DNA of 64,000 bases from Pecten maximus. Lineage: Eukaryota. The position numbers and the translations under genes were made by a program. The notes beneath the pieces were generated by a model. That model saw only the letters and a list, made by a program, of their open reading frames with translations. It was not told the DNA's origin and ran no database searches. The stretch lies in assembly GCF_902652985.1 (NCBI RefSeq), contig NC_047017.1, positions 47,244,001 to 47,308,000 on the forward strand, written 5' to 3'. Positions 11,860-21,877 of the stretch are shown here, piece by piece (the first letter of the stretch is position 1; the number at the start of each line of letters is the position of its first letter).

Positions 11860-12389
11860 AGTTTTTATGCTTAACGATAACAGATAAACCTGTTACCTTG
11901 ACTGGAATTTGTTTATGTTCGACACACTATTTTGAACCTCTGTAATAAGATTTTGTGTATCTGGATCAAGTCCCTTAGCTATGCTCAGCTGCCAGTAATA
12001 ACCATGGACTCATAAGGAACCAAAGCGATTGGTGTTCACAGATTAGAAGCAAGTTATACTGGACATGTTAAAATGACGTTATCCAAGGCTAATGATTTTA
12101 CGACACGTGTTACATTGGTACCTAACAGCGCTGGACACTGCTGGTTATACTCTGTAGCATGAACAAAAATGGTAAATTCAATGTAGCCTTAATAATTCAA
12201 AAGTGTGCACTAACCTCTAATCCTAAGTAATAAGATCCTATTATTGAGGTTTTTCTGTTAGACTATTATAAAATGAGAGATGTGTTGGAAATCATTGAAC
12301 CACTGTCAATAACACATTTGACCTCTTGACCTTGAATACTAATGAGGGTCTCGTTATAAGGTCCCAAAAGCTTATCCATTAACTCAGTA

Positions 12390-13135
12390 CTGTGGCCACT
12401 TGCCATATGACCAGCCTCTGTTTGGCCACATGCAGTGACCGCTGCTCTTTTGGGTCAGACGTTTGATCTTTGTTCCTGTGACCCTTGTTACCTTTGCCAT
12501 GACCTCGGCCTCTGTTGCCTGATTTTGATCTCTGATCATTTCTATTTGATGTGGCTTTACCGAGTTTGGACAGACATTAATCAAATTTGGTCTCAAGATT
12601 AGAGGACATGTTTCCCTCCTTTTCCTCCAGCGCCTTTAATGTTTGGCCCAACTCTTTACTAAGGTCGGTAGTGCATGGCCTTGACCCTTCTTTTTGTTTT
12701 TCTGCTTGTCAGTACTACCCTGCCTAACTGTTACGCCATACTCGGACAGAGAAATGTCCTTCTCAGCAACGCGTATCTCGCGCAAGAGCTCATCAAAATT
12801 CTTTAATGAGTCATATTATGTCCGACTCTAAAGCCTATCTGAAGGCAGTGATGTCAGGAACTTATGCCTAAGGATATTAATTTCGGATGAAGACTGGAGA
12901 GAACCATTGTCAATGGCAGTCTGTAACAGGGTGTCTGATAAACTCATGCATTAGCATACCATGGATGGATATATCTCCGAATAATGTATCCAGCTTACAG
13001 AGTATATCTTATACTACATTCACTAAAATGTTTGGAGAAACTTCATCATCTCCATCAAACAACGGATCGCCATTTCTGATAGGTTACCTCCTCTTATGTT
13101 GGGGTCAGTGGTAGCACGAGAAAATATGGACATTT
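12390..13135 (-). pseudogene. Degenerate PNMA-like/Gypsy-type gag remnant
   Basis: Manual minus-strand translation across frameshifts and stops gives IFS...EVTYQKWRSVV, DILCKLDTLFGD, LLQTAIDNG, LRHKFLTSLPSDRL, YDSLKNFDELLREIRVAE and a decayed knuckle ACGQTEAGHMAS, in gag order. Confidence 0.65.
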
Positions 13136-13288
13136 GGAGAAAGCTATGTGGAAACAGACCCGAGGTGGTTTCATCAAGACCAGTATTATGTTGTGAAAGC
13201 ACTTAAGTGGTCCTGTTTCTCGGTGAGAGAGGTATTTGACTTGAAGGTTAAGGAGTGGTAAAACTATTAGTATTTTCAACGGGTCCCT

Positions 13289-13440
13289 TATGGAACGCCA
13301 AATTAACATATATTTAATCAATTGAACCTATCTTCAATTATTTGAAGATAGGTTCAATTAATTGAAGATAGGTTCAATTCAATTGAAGATAGGTCCAATT
13401 ATTTGTAACTATCTTTAATTATTTAAAGATATTAATTTTA
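13289..13440. repeat. Truncated MITE-like end with short palindromic ~22-bp repeats (AATTGAAGATAGGTTCAATT)
   Basis: Starts TATGGAACGCC, similar in layout to the 11241 element; only one terminus visible. Confidence 0.55.
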
Positions 13441-13799
13441 TCCATAGTCCCTACACGGGCTTCAATATAATATGCAGGCTGATAACTTCTGTACGCCGCA
13501 TATTAACAAAACTGCACACCAATGACATACAGTCCAGACCAAGGCTTCTAAAAGCATACGTCAAACCTACGTGGGTGCCATTTGTAAGCGCTGTGACGTA
13601 ATATAAAATCATCAATACTAGGGTACTAGTTCAAAACCTATCATTACAATATAAGAAGTCCATTAGACAGGATAATTGTAGGATATTTATAAATATAGTC
13701 CACTGTGATCTGATCTCTGAATTATAACATAAATCATGTATCGTTAGGCTTTTATGTAATAGTCCTACATTTGTACAACAGTATGCAGGTTATTGCCAT

Positions 13800-14120
13800 A
13801 GCTTCCGGGCGCGATGGGGTGAGGTGTGCGAGAAGATGTGGCTGCGCATGCGCCTTCGAGGATTCTCGGAATGAAAATATAGTCAGGTGACGTTAACATG
13901 CTCACATGGACAGGCTAGACCCGGGTTATGTGTTGAGAAATACATAAGGTACAACTATACACATGTACAGATATGTACACAGTCTACAAAAATGACCACA
14001 GGACTGTTCAGATGGATGTGTTGTCTATGGACAAAGTATTGTCCGGTTAGCTGTATGTGTAATCAAAAGGGGGGAAATCCTCAACCTTTTGGTGTCATAG
14101 TGTACTTTCGTTTTGTATAG
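13800..14120 (+). promoter_or_regulatory. Candidate promoter/enhancer of the cGLR gene
   Basis: CpG-rich patch; ETS-like CTTCCGG (13802), NRF1-like TGCGCATGCGC (13843-13853), kB-like GGGGAAATCC (14071-14080), IRF-E-like TACTTTCGTTTTG (14103-14115). Confidence 0.4.
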
Positions 14121-14411
14121 TGATTGAATTGTAACCTTCGTACTAGATATCTCAACAGAAAACCCATTACCGTGTGTATTGAAGACATTTTTCTCTTAAT
14201 TGGCGTCAGAAATAATAATGTCCTAATTTCTTCCTGGTACTGGTTGTCTGGTAATGAGTCACTGGCCTGCATTGACCACCTGATACTGACCATTTTATAC
14301 ATGGTTGGTCCTGTCGAGGATAGTGTATATATTCATACGTTGAACGCTACAACCCGTCGGACTGTGTAACACGGGATCTATCAAGACGTAGTGTGTGGTA
14401 TAACCTTCAAC

Positions 14412-15228
14412 ATGGAACCTAACCATCAGGTACTCGGTGTGTATGCAGATGCCCTCACGACTCTGATCAAAAACCATGATCTCACCAAAACAGCTATGAA
14501 GTTCCTCCGGAACAATTTCCAACTATTCGCGGATAAGTTGAAAGCCCAAGTGCAAGGGATAGACGTCATACAAGTTGGCAGTTCTTACGACGATCTGCAT
14601 CTGGCTCGGTTGTTGAAAAGCGAAGAAGGCTCTTATCAGTTCTTTCCGGAAGTAGATTTCGATTTTGATATGATCTACCTTAGCTACGTTGTAGGAGAGA
14701 CAGATATTTCTGGAACTCGTGAAGGCGATGCCGATTGTAATGGACAGTGCCTTCCTTCTTCGACAAACTTGACCGGAAGTTCCCTAGGTGATTCTGGAAA
14801 AGTGCAGCAACCTTTCGCTGTTATGGAATCGTCCTCATGTCCCGGGTATGTCAAACTTCGTGTCACTCCTCACGGCCGACAGATGCTCAAAAAACCAGGA
14901 TGTCGAATTGGTAATTTCATAACACCAAAAGGTTACCTTCTGAACACCGCGTTTACATCCGGGCTTGTCAATGAGGGGGGCCGTACGGAGATTGTATACT
15001 CTCGTGTTGGTCAGTTTGTCACCGACGTGTTACAGAAGAGTGAAACTACTGTGTACACTAAAACAGGTCCCGCCATCACAGAGATCAACAAGGCATGCCA
15101 TGGTTACACGTATGACTTCGTGCATGCCTTTCCATGCTCTACTTGGCCGACAGTGGCGAAAGGATGGGCGGACAGGGCACGGAGGTGTCAATGGCCAAAT
15201 GATACCCTCATCCAGAATATTGTACGAG
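14412..15228 (+). CDS. cGAS-like receptor (Mab-21/nucleotidyltransferase domain) with TPR-like C-terminus, coding exon 1
   Basis: ATG 14412; VGS...DFDFD, PGYVKLR, GPAIT, YDFVHAFPC, WP...W..R....WP motifs of cGLR/Mab-21 proteins; donor AG|GTACGT at 15229 (phase 1). Confidence 0.88.
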
Positions 15229-15470
15229 GTACGTGTTATTTTTCAAGTTTGTTGTCATCTTTCTCGAATGCTCTGATGTGTTGTGCGTGTAGAGAAAATA
15301 AGTGTGTACACGTCATTGTTTATCAATTGTACTTTCGTAATGACGACGTTTTCATTGTATTTTTGTCACATTTGAAGCAGTTTTTTTTTAAGATAACATT
15401 ACCTTCCATATATGTTGTTTTCATATTCAGTATTATAGTATCTTATAAGACTCTTTTGGATCTGTTGTAG

Positions 15471-15702
15471 ATGGCTGTTTGCTTGTTGCCATCGGAAGCC
15501 AACAGACTAGCGACTCGTCAGAGGAATGGAGGTTATCGTTTGTACAGGCGGAACGCATGCTCTCCGACTCTTTGTCCAATCTCCAGAAAACTTGCTACTC
15601 CGTTGTCAAGGTGATGTTGAAATCCAGCCTGTCTGAACGATCTATCCTAACGTCTTACCATATGAAAAACATATTCTATTATCTATGTGAGGAGGTTGCT
15701 AC
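15471..15702 (+). CDS. cGLR coding exon 2, part before the apparent frameshift
   Basis: Acceptor TTGTAG at 15470; splicing restores IVRDGCLLVAIG, then EWRLSFVQAERML, CYSVVK and LTSYHMKNIFYYLCEE (Mab-21 C-lobe). Confidence 0.85.
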
Positions 15703-16821
15703 ATCCCCGAGGCCTGGGCATTGGAGTCACTTGGGGACAGGATCATGCAATTCCTGAAATACATATCTGTATCACTTCACGTGCACAGGATACCACTGTA
15801 CTTCCTCCCGCCTCTCAACCTCATTGGTCGCTATCCAAAGGATGATGTAGACGCGACGAAGAAAGAAGTTGAAACAATCATTAGAACACCATTCACGGCA
15901 TTGATGGAAGCGTGTAACAGACTTGGATGTTTTGACGTAAAAGCTACATCTCAAAAGTTCCAAGAAAGACCAGGAGAGCTGAAGCCTTTGTTTGCCATCT
16001 ACACTTCAAGTGTACATATCCTGTGGAATCTTGGCTGCATGAATATCGGAGAAGACTTTGCTAAAATATGCTTCCAGAAAGTTGTCAATTTAAACACTGC
16101 CACTTCTGGGTACATCACCACCGGATCCAATACCTTCACAGCACGCTCCATTCCCGCCCTTCTAAAGCCACTTGCACATGCGTACACGCAACAAGGTGAC
16201 GCTGACAAGGCTCTTTGGCTGTTTCTTGCAATAGAAGAACTGGCCCCCGAATTAGTCGCGTCGTCTTATACCAATGTTTTAAGCAATATAGCATGTTTAT
16301 ACGGCAACAAATCGTTAAATCAGACATCGGAAGAAGAAATGTCGTCGGAGTACGAAGCAAAAGCAATTCTATACTTCAGAAAAGCTCTTAGTCTGGTATC
16401 CGACTCTCCAAGCCTTCATCTCATGTATGGGAACTTTCTCATCGACCACAAAAATCCAACACTGACCGCAGCTGAACAGTTTGAGAAGGCGATAGCTATA
16501 AAGACTCCGTGTGGTGATGACGACGCGCTCATACAATTGACCCTCCCGGGGGGCCGAGATCGTCCAGATCGCCCGTGTTACGTCCCAGGACAGTTGGCTG
16601 CTTATTACCTCATGGTCCAAAGCTGTGTCAACCTCATGGACATATACCAGGCCCGAAAAGTTGCCAGACGATTCGAAGAATTCATCAGAGAACGGTGCAT
16701 GCTGAAGCACAAGGTAGTAGCCTGCCAACTCTGTGCCATTGGCTACAATCTAGCTGGACTTACTGTCAAATCGGCGCTCATGTCGACAGAATGTGCCCGA
16801 TACGAACGTGTGGTTCAATAA
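15703..16821 (+). CDS. cGLR coding exon 2, part after the apparent frameshift: end of the Mab-21 domain plus TPR-like helical repeats
   Basis: The -1 frame continues the homology (PEAWALESLGDRI...IPLYFLPPLNLI); TPR-like LAHAYTQQGDADKALWLF, AILYFRKALSL, YGNFL...AAEQFEKAI; stop at 16819-16821; AATAAA at 16817 and 17030. Confidence 0.8.
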   Translation: MPEAWALESLGDRIMQFLKYISVSLHVHRIPLYFLPPLNLIGRYPKDDVDATKKEVETIIRTPFTALMEACNRLGCFDVKATSQKFQERPGELKPLFAIYTSSVHILWNLGCMNIGEDFAKICFQKVVNLNTATSGYITTGSNTFTARSIPALLKPLAHAYTQQGDADKALWLFLAIEELAPELVASSYTNVLSNIACLYGNKSLNQTSEEEMSSEYEAKAILYFRKALSLVSDSPSLHLMYGNFLIDHKNPTLTAAEQFEKAIAIKTPCGDDDALIQLTLPGGRDRPDRPCYVPGQLAAYYLMVQSCVNLMDIYQARKVARRFEEFIRERCMLKHKVVACQLCAIGYNLAGLTVKSALMSTECARYERVVQ

Positions 16822-17394
16822 ATATTACATATAAAGATACAAATGTAGCTATTTACCAAGAGATTGTCGCGTTTGCCAGTCTGAAGAGGAAATCTGTAAA
16901 ATCTGACAAGAAACAAATACCCAAAAGTCTTACATAGCTGAACGAATACTATTACAGGACCCGATTGTTCTGATCAATCAATGAACGACCGTCAAATTGT
17001 ATTTATTGTCAATCTGAATATGTGTGACTAATAAATACTGATAGGATGAAGTCTTATGGAGACGTCATTACTACTGTCATATATTCGGTCTGTTGTGTAT
17101 GTCACTAGTGTAATATAACACGGAACGTTTCAATTGGCTGTGCTAATTAGAAAAAATCGATTGTGACGTCATAATATGGACAATCACACGTCATGAAAAT
17201 GGCTGTATCCGTTTGATTTTGTCCCTTACATTTTTAGTTTTCTGAGCTATGTGACAAAAGTATCTTAAATTTGTTTTCGTTTCATATGAGATTTTACGAA
17301 GTTTGAATTTGTTCACGCCAAGGTTCCCAAATATGATAACTTTTAGAATCGTTTCATGAAACTTGACAGTTAATATAATTTGACAACAGTTTTT

Positions 17395-17760
17395 TAGTAA
17401 CACAATATTCATTTACACATAGAATAGTGACATAATATTCATTTACACATAGAATAGTGACACAATATACATTTACACATAGAAGTGTAGTAACACAATA
17501 TTCATTTACACTTAGAACTGTAGTGACACAATATACATTTACACATAGAAAAGTGACACAATATACATTTACACATAGAAAAGTGACACAATATACATTT
17601 ACACATAGAATAGTGACACAATAAACATTTACACATAGAAAAGTGACACAATATACATTTACACATAGAATAGTGACACAATATACATTTTCAAATAGAA
17701 TAGTGACACAATAAACATTTACACATAGAATAGTGACACAATATACATTTACAAATAGAT
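17395..17760. repeat. Minisatellite, 30-bp unit TAGTGACACAATATACATTTACACATAGAA
   Basis: About 12 tandem copies. Confidence 0.92.
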
Positions 17761-18419
17761 TGAAAATTCCATTTTGTAGTAAGACAGTTGTAGTGCATTG
17801 ATTTCCATTCGAAGCATCGAACATGGACATTTTTCTCTTGCTGGTAAAACCAGAAATTATAAAATTTAGACAATCTCTCGAAATAATGTCATTAATCTAA
17901 TTAGACATGAAAAGAATAATCATTTAAATAAATCTCATAACACTCTTTCTGATAAATATTTTCCTCCTGGTAAATAGAGTCCATAAGTATTTTTTTTTCT
18001 CATGCGTCGTCATCCTTTCTCCTTTTCAATGTTGATAATAACATAAACAATTTCTTTTGTATTTCTAACTGCTAGTTCTGAATTTGATTTACCTCCCCTT
18101 AGTCATCTGTAATTTTCTGATACCGATGAAGACGTTAAGACCTCTCTCTTAATGTTTCGCCTAAGCTTATTAAGAATCATTTACCCTCTCTTACATCACC
18201 TCCAAGAATCCTCTTTCCGGAAGCAATTGATTCTGGATTTAAAAAAATCCCTCAGTCTTGGAAATTATTTAATGTTACTGCTTGAAGACCCCAGTATTTA
18301 GACCTACTGATATCACTTCTTGTATATGTAGCCCTGTAGTTAGGGCGTAAGAATTATACCTGCTGCCCCATTACATGATCGTAAGAGGCGACTAACTTTG
18401 AGGTTTAAAGTGTATCAAT

Positions 18420-19133
18420 TGATTTCTATATATGATATAATAGTTAATAAATCTGGATAAAGATAAAGATATATGACTTGTTAAGCCATTAATAGGGTAC
18501 GGCACAGGGGACTTCTATTTAAACTTAGAAAATATATTATCTTTGGGCATCTTCTGAAATGGTTTCAAAGTTATTTATCAGCCAGAAAACAACGTATTAT
18601 ATTTGAATGCTCTGCCTCTCCTTTTAAAACTTCTGCTGGTGTCCTTTGTATGTCAATTTAAGAAGAACGCTCACTGCTGATCTTTAAATGGTACGGTCCT
18701 ATAAAGGGTGACCCTAACATTTCTCCAGCTGACAATATAAAAATCGCCAAAGCTGCACAACATTTCCTTGAAAGGTCGGGAAGATTCGAGTAACTATCAT
18801 TACATTGTCTTTTCTTGTCTTTACCGTATCATACTGTATACTATTTGTATATTGCCATCACGTGATTAATGTATATTTATGTCATCATGTCATTATTACG
18901 GGAGAAGTCATTTATAAGTTGGTAAAACTTACTGACTAATACCTTTGTCATTTTAATGTCAATAAAATACGTTTAAACTAATCACCTGAGGTTATATTCT
19001 TTGTCTTTTTATTCTTGTTATTCATTTATGATTAACTCATGAAATTAATACTAGTCAAACATAAAACTTTTTTGCTGATGACGCATCTCTATACGTTATT
19101 GTGGATGATGATGTAATTACTCCAGCTGATGAC
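18420..19133 (+). mobile_element. Decayed, rearranged CR1-group LINE fragments
   Basis: GLLFKLRKY..GHLLKWFQSYLSARKQR (18500-18645); C-terminus QHFLERSGRFE* plus 3'UTR ending CAATAAAATACGTTTAAACTAA (~18981); then FADDASLYVIVD (19070-19133). Confidence 0.75.
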
Positions 19134-19263
19134 NNNNNNNNNNNNNNNNNNNNNNNNNNNNNNNNNNNNNNNNNNNNNNNNNNNNNNNNNNNNNNNNNNN
19201 NNNNNNNNNNNNNNNNNNNNNNNNNNNNNNNNNNNNNNNNNNNNNNNNNNNNNNNNNNNNNNN
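19134..19263. other. Assembly gap
   Basis: Run of N. Confidence 1.
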
Positions 19264-19715
19264 TCTGATTCAGTCAGCGTGAAGAGTGTTTCTTTTTGTT
19301 ATCATGCATACAATTGCATCATTCAGGAAAATAAACTATTTTAGCACAGTGACACGTATTTCATTTTTTTAATAGACAAGTGCGTTTTAACGGGAAGATT
19401 ACTTGGTGCGGCCTGGTTCAACACGGAGGGAGTGATTTTGTAAGAGTTACCTCCCCTTAAGCTGATTGTGAAATAGTGGTAGGTAACGGAGGAAATTCAG
19501 TCAGAATGAAAAATACAAGATTGGCTTCTAGAGAGTGAAATTATTGCCATTTTAGATATGTCATGTCCACTTTGTCAGCATATTAATTATTATTACACAA
19601 AATATGTTAAAAGGTCCTAAACGTCTTCTTTTGTTTTATGACAAAAGTGCTATGGCCTCGAAATATTTTCTAAATTACTATGGTGCTAATCCTGGATTGA
19701 AATATTGCCATTCAG

Positions 19716-19877
19716 NNNNNNNNNNNNNNNNNNNNNNNNNNNNNNNNNNNNNNNNNNNNNNNNNNNNNNNNNNNNNNNNNNNNNNNNNNNNNNNNNNNNN
19801 NNNNNNNNNNNNNNNNNNNNNNNNNNNNNNNNNNNNNNNNNNNNNNNNNNNNNNNNNNNNNNNNNNNNNNNNNNNNN
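19716..19877. other. Assembly gap
   Basis: Run of N. Confidence 1.
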
Positions 19878-19989
19878 TTTAAGGGTATTTTCTTAAGCGT
19901 GTAATTTTTGTACAATAGTGTCTAGTTAGCTGTGACAGTATCACGAATCGGGTATTTAAAAATCCCATTAAATCTAATTATATGTCGGT

Positions 19990-20344
19990 AACGTGATGTA
20001 ATTTTGGGGCGTGGCTTGTATTCGGAGAAGAAATTGATAGATTTTATTTAACACGAAAATACATCCATATCATAACGGTTTCGATTTCTCGCAGGGGAAA
20101 ATCAATGACATGAGACTAGACTGACAGCTGTTTATTCTTCGAATACCGTTCATATTTGCCGCTAGGGGTCACCATAACAAAAGTGCCATCTCTGATGTCA
20201 TACACCATTTATCACGTGGGTACCAGAAATAGGTCTGGAACATGGCTGAGTGTTTGTTATGAAGGAGCAAGAACAAGCAGGTTATCGCTCTGTTAGATCA
20301 AACTTTCTTGGATTAGAAGTAACCGACAACAGTCTCAGGTGAGT
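19990..20344 (+). promoter_or_regulatory. Candidate SIPA1L promoter and non-coding first exon
   Basis: CpG-rich patch with GC box GGGGCGTGGC (20006-20015), E-box CACGTG (20213-20218) and YY1-like AACATGGC; consensus donor CAG|GTGAGT at 20339; CpG-depleted sequence begins shortly downstream. Confidence 0.5.
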
Positions 20345-21486
20345 TTTACTTGCATTGTGTGTGCTGTTCATTGGAAATTTTACATGCGACTATGCAAGGT
20401 GCGTATATCGAGTCAAGATCACTCGTTGTTGATCACCGAGTCGATTTGGCCTGGTGCTGGCAAACGTTACAAAGTGTTACTGCATTTGTCAACGAACATT
20501 GTGTATTTTTATGACAATTATTCCCAGTGTTTTATAAGTAGGAAGTTGAACTTGAATTATGACTGCTTGGTTTACACGTTGACGCGGCAAAGATCGGTCA
20601 GTTCAAGTGGCCTGAAGCCATTGACGGACAAGCAAGCCAGTTCAGGTTGAACGACTGTCACACAATGTTACGTGTGTCCCCAGTTAGGCAGGCCGTGTCA
20701 GGACAGGGTCTGTACGGGTAGCCACGTTAGGCATGACTTCTGATTACCAAATTTATATCAGAATAAGTAGATCGATATTTGGTGATCATGAATTATCTGT
20801 AAAGTTAATTTGACCTAGATCTAGATGTTTAAAAACAGATTGGGCCCTTAGAATCTAGAGCTAAGCTTACTTATTTCAAATTTACTATAGTATTTAAATT
20901 AGGCTGTAGTCCTTTCAAATTTACTATAGTATTTAAATTAGGCTGTAGTATATAAAATGTGCACACAGGTAGTATAAATTACTATTTGTTCAAGGAGGTA
21001 ATGTGATGCATCAAACAGAATCTTTTTCATGCTAGTCTTATTTGTGCACTGGATAGCTAGGACAGGGACGAACCCTGGATAATTAAGGGGCTGATAGTGA
21101 ATAAAAGGGAGGAGGAATCCTTTTGAAAAACATTAATCAGGACTTCAGAGGGTTTAATCCTTGTATATCCTGTACCCACTTATGTTTCAAAATAAGACCA
21201 TAAAAATATCTCCCCATTTTTTCCTCTTCACTAAAAGTGAGTGTCGGTGGGGAATTGAAGATATATTAACTATCTCATCAAAAAGTTTTACAACATTTTG
21301 GATATACCACATGTACATGTAGTCATGAACACTGTTTTCTTTCATTTATTATTTTTTTCTATTTGTGTATATATGTCAAAATAATTAAGTGTAATACATA
21401 GGCGTTGAAAGATATGTTCTGGTAAAAGTATAGTTTCATGAAAAACTAATACCATATTCATTAATAAACACACCTGCCGCTGGAAG

Positions 21487-21877
21487 TGTAATAGGAAGGA
21501 GTAATGAAAAATACCCTGCCAGTGCTGGGCTTCGAAATAGCGACCTTACGGTCTTAAGGCAAACATCCTACCACTAAAGAGAAAATCCCGCTAGTCTGAG
21601 CTTGTGAGGTAATCTTATGCTCTCCACTTCTACACTACTCCTTCCTTCACAAAGTCTTCATCCCCGAAGAAGACATCCGCAACCCAGTTTCTTTGGGATG
21701 GTCAACAGCACCATATCTGTAATAGTAAAATATAAGGAGTAGTGAAAAATACCCTGCCCGCACTGGGGCTCGCACTAGTGACCTCTCACTGTCAAAGCAA
21801 ATATCCTACCACTATAGACTAAGGAAAACTCCTGCTATTTCTGAGCTAGAAAAGGAACCTTACATTCCACTTTTACA
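21487..21877 (-). mobile_element. Miniature non-autonomous LTR element (TRIM) with tRNA-derived LTRs
   Basis: Two diverged direct repeats TGTA...TACA (21487-21634, 21718-21877), each with degenerate A/B boxes and a T5 run on the minus strand; 83-bp internal region has PBS TGGTGCTGTTGACC and PPT GAAGGAAGGAGTAG. Confidence 0.75.

Noticed and set aside
15229-15470. Hydrophobic C-terminal tail of the 14391-15470 ORF (possible transmembrane segment)
   Set aside because: It is read-through into the intron; splicing restores the conserved GCxLV motif
15695-15711. GT...AG micro-intron that would repair the cGLR frameshift
   Set aside because: 17 nt is far too short for a spliceosomal intron here and would delete residues expected before the conserved Trp
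19129-19915. ORFs containing X runs
   Set aside because: Artefacts of N gaps
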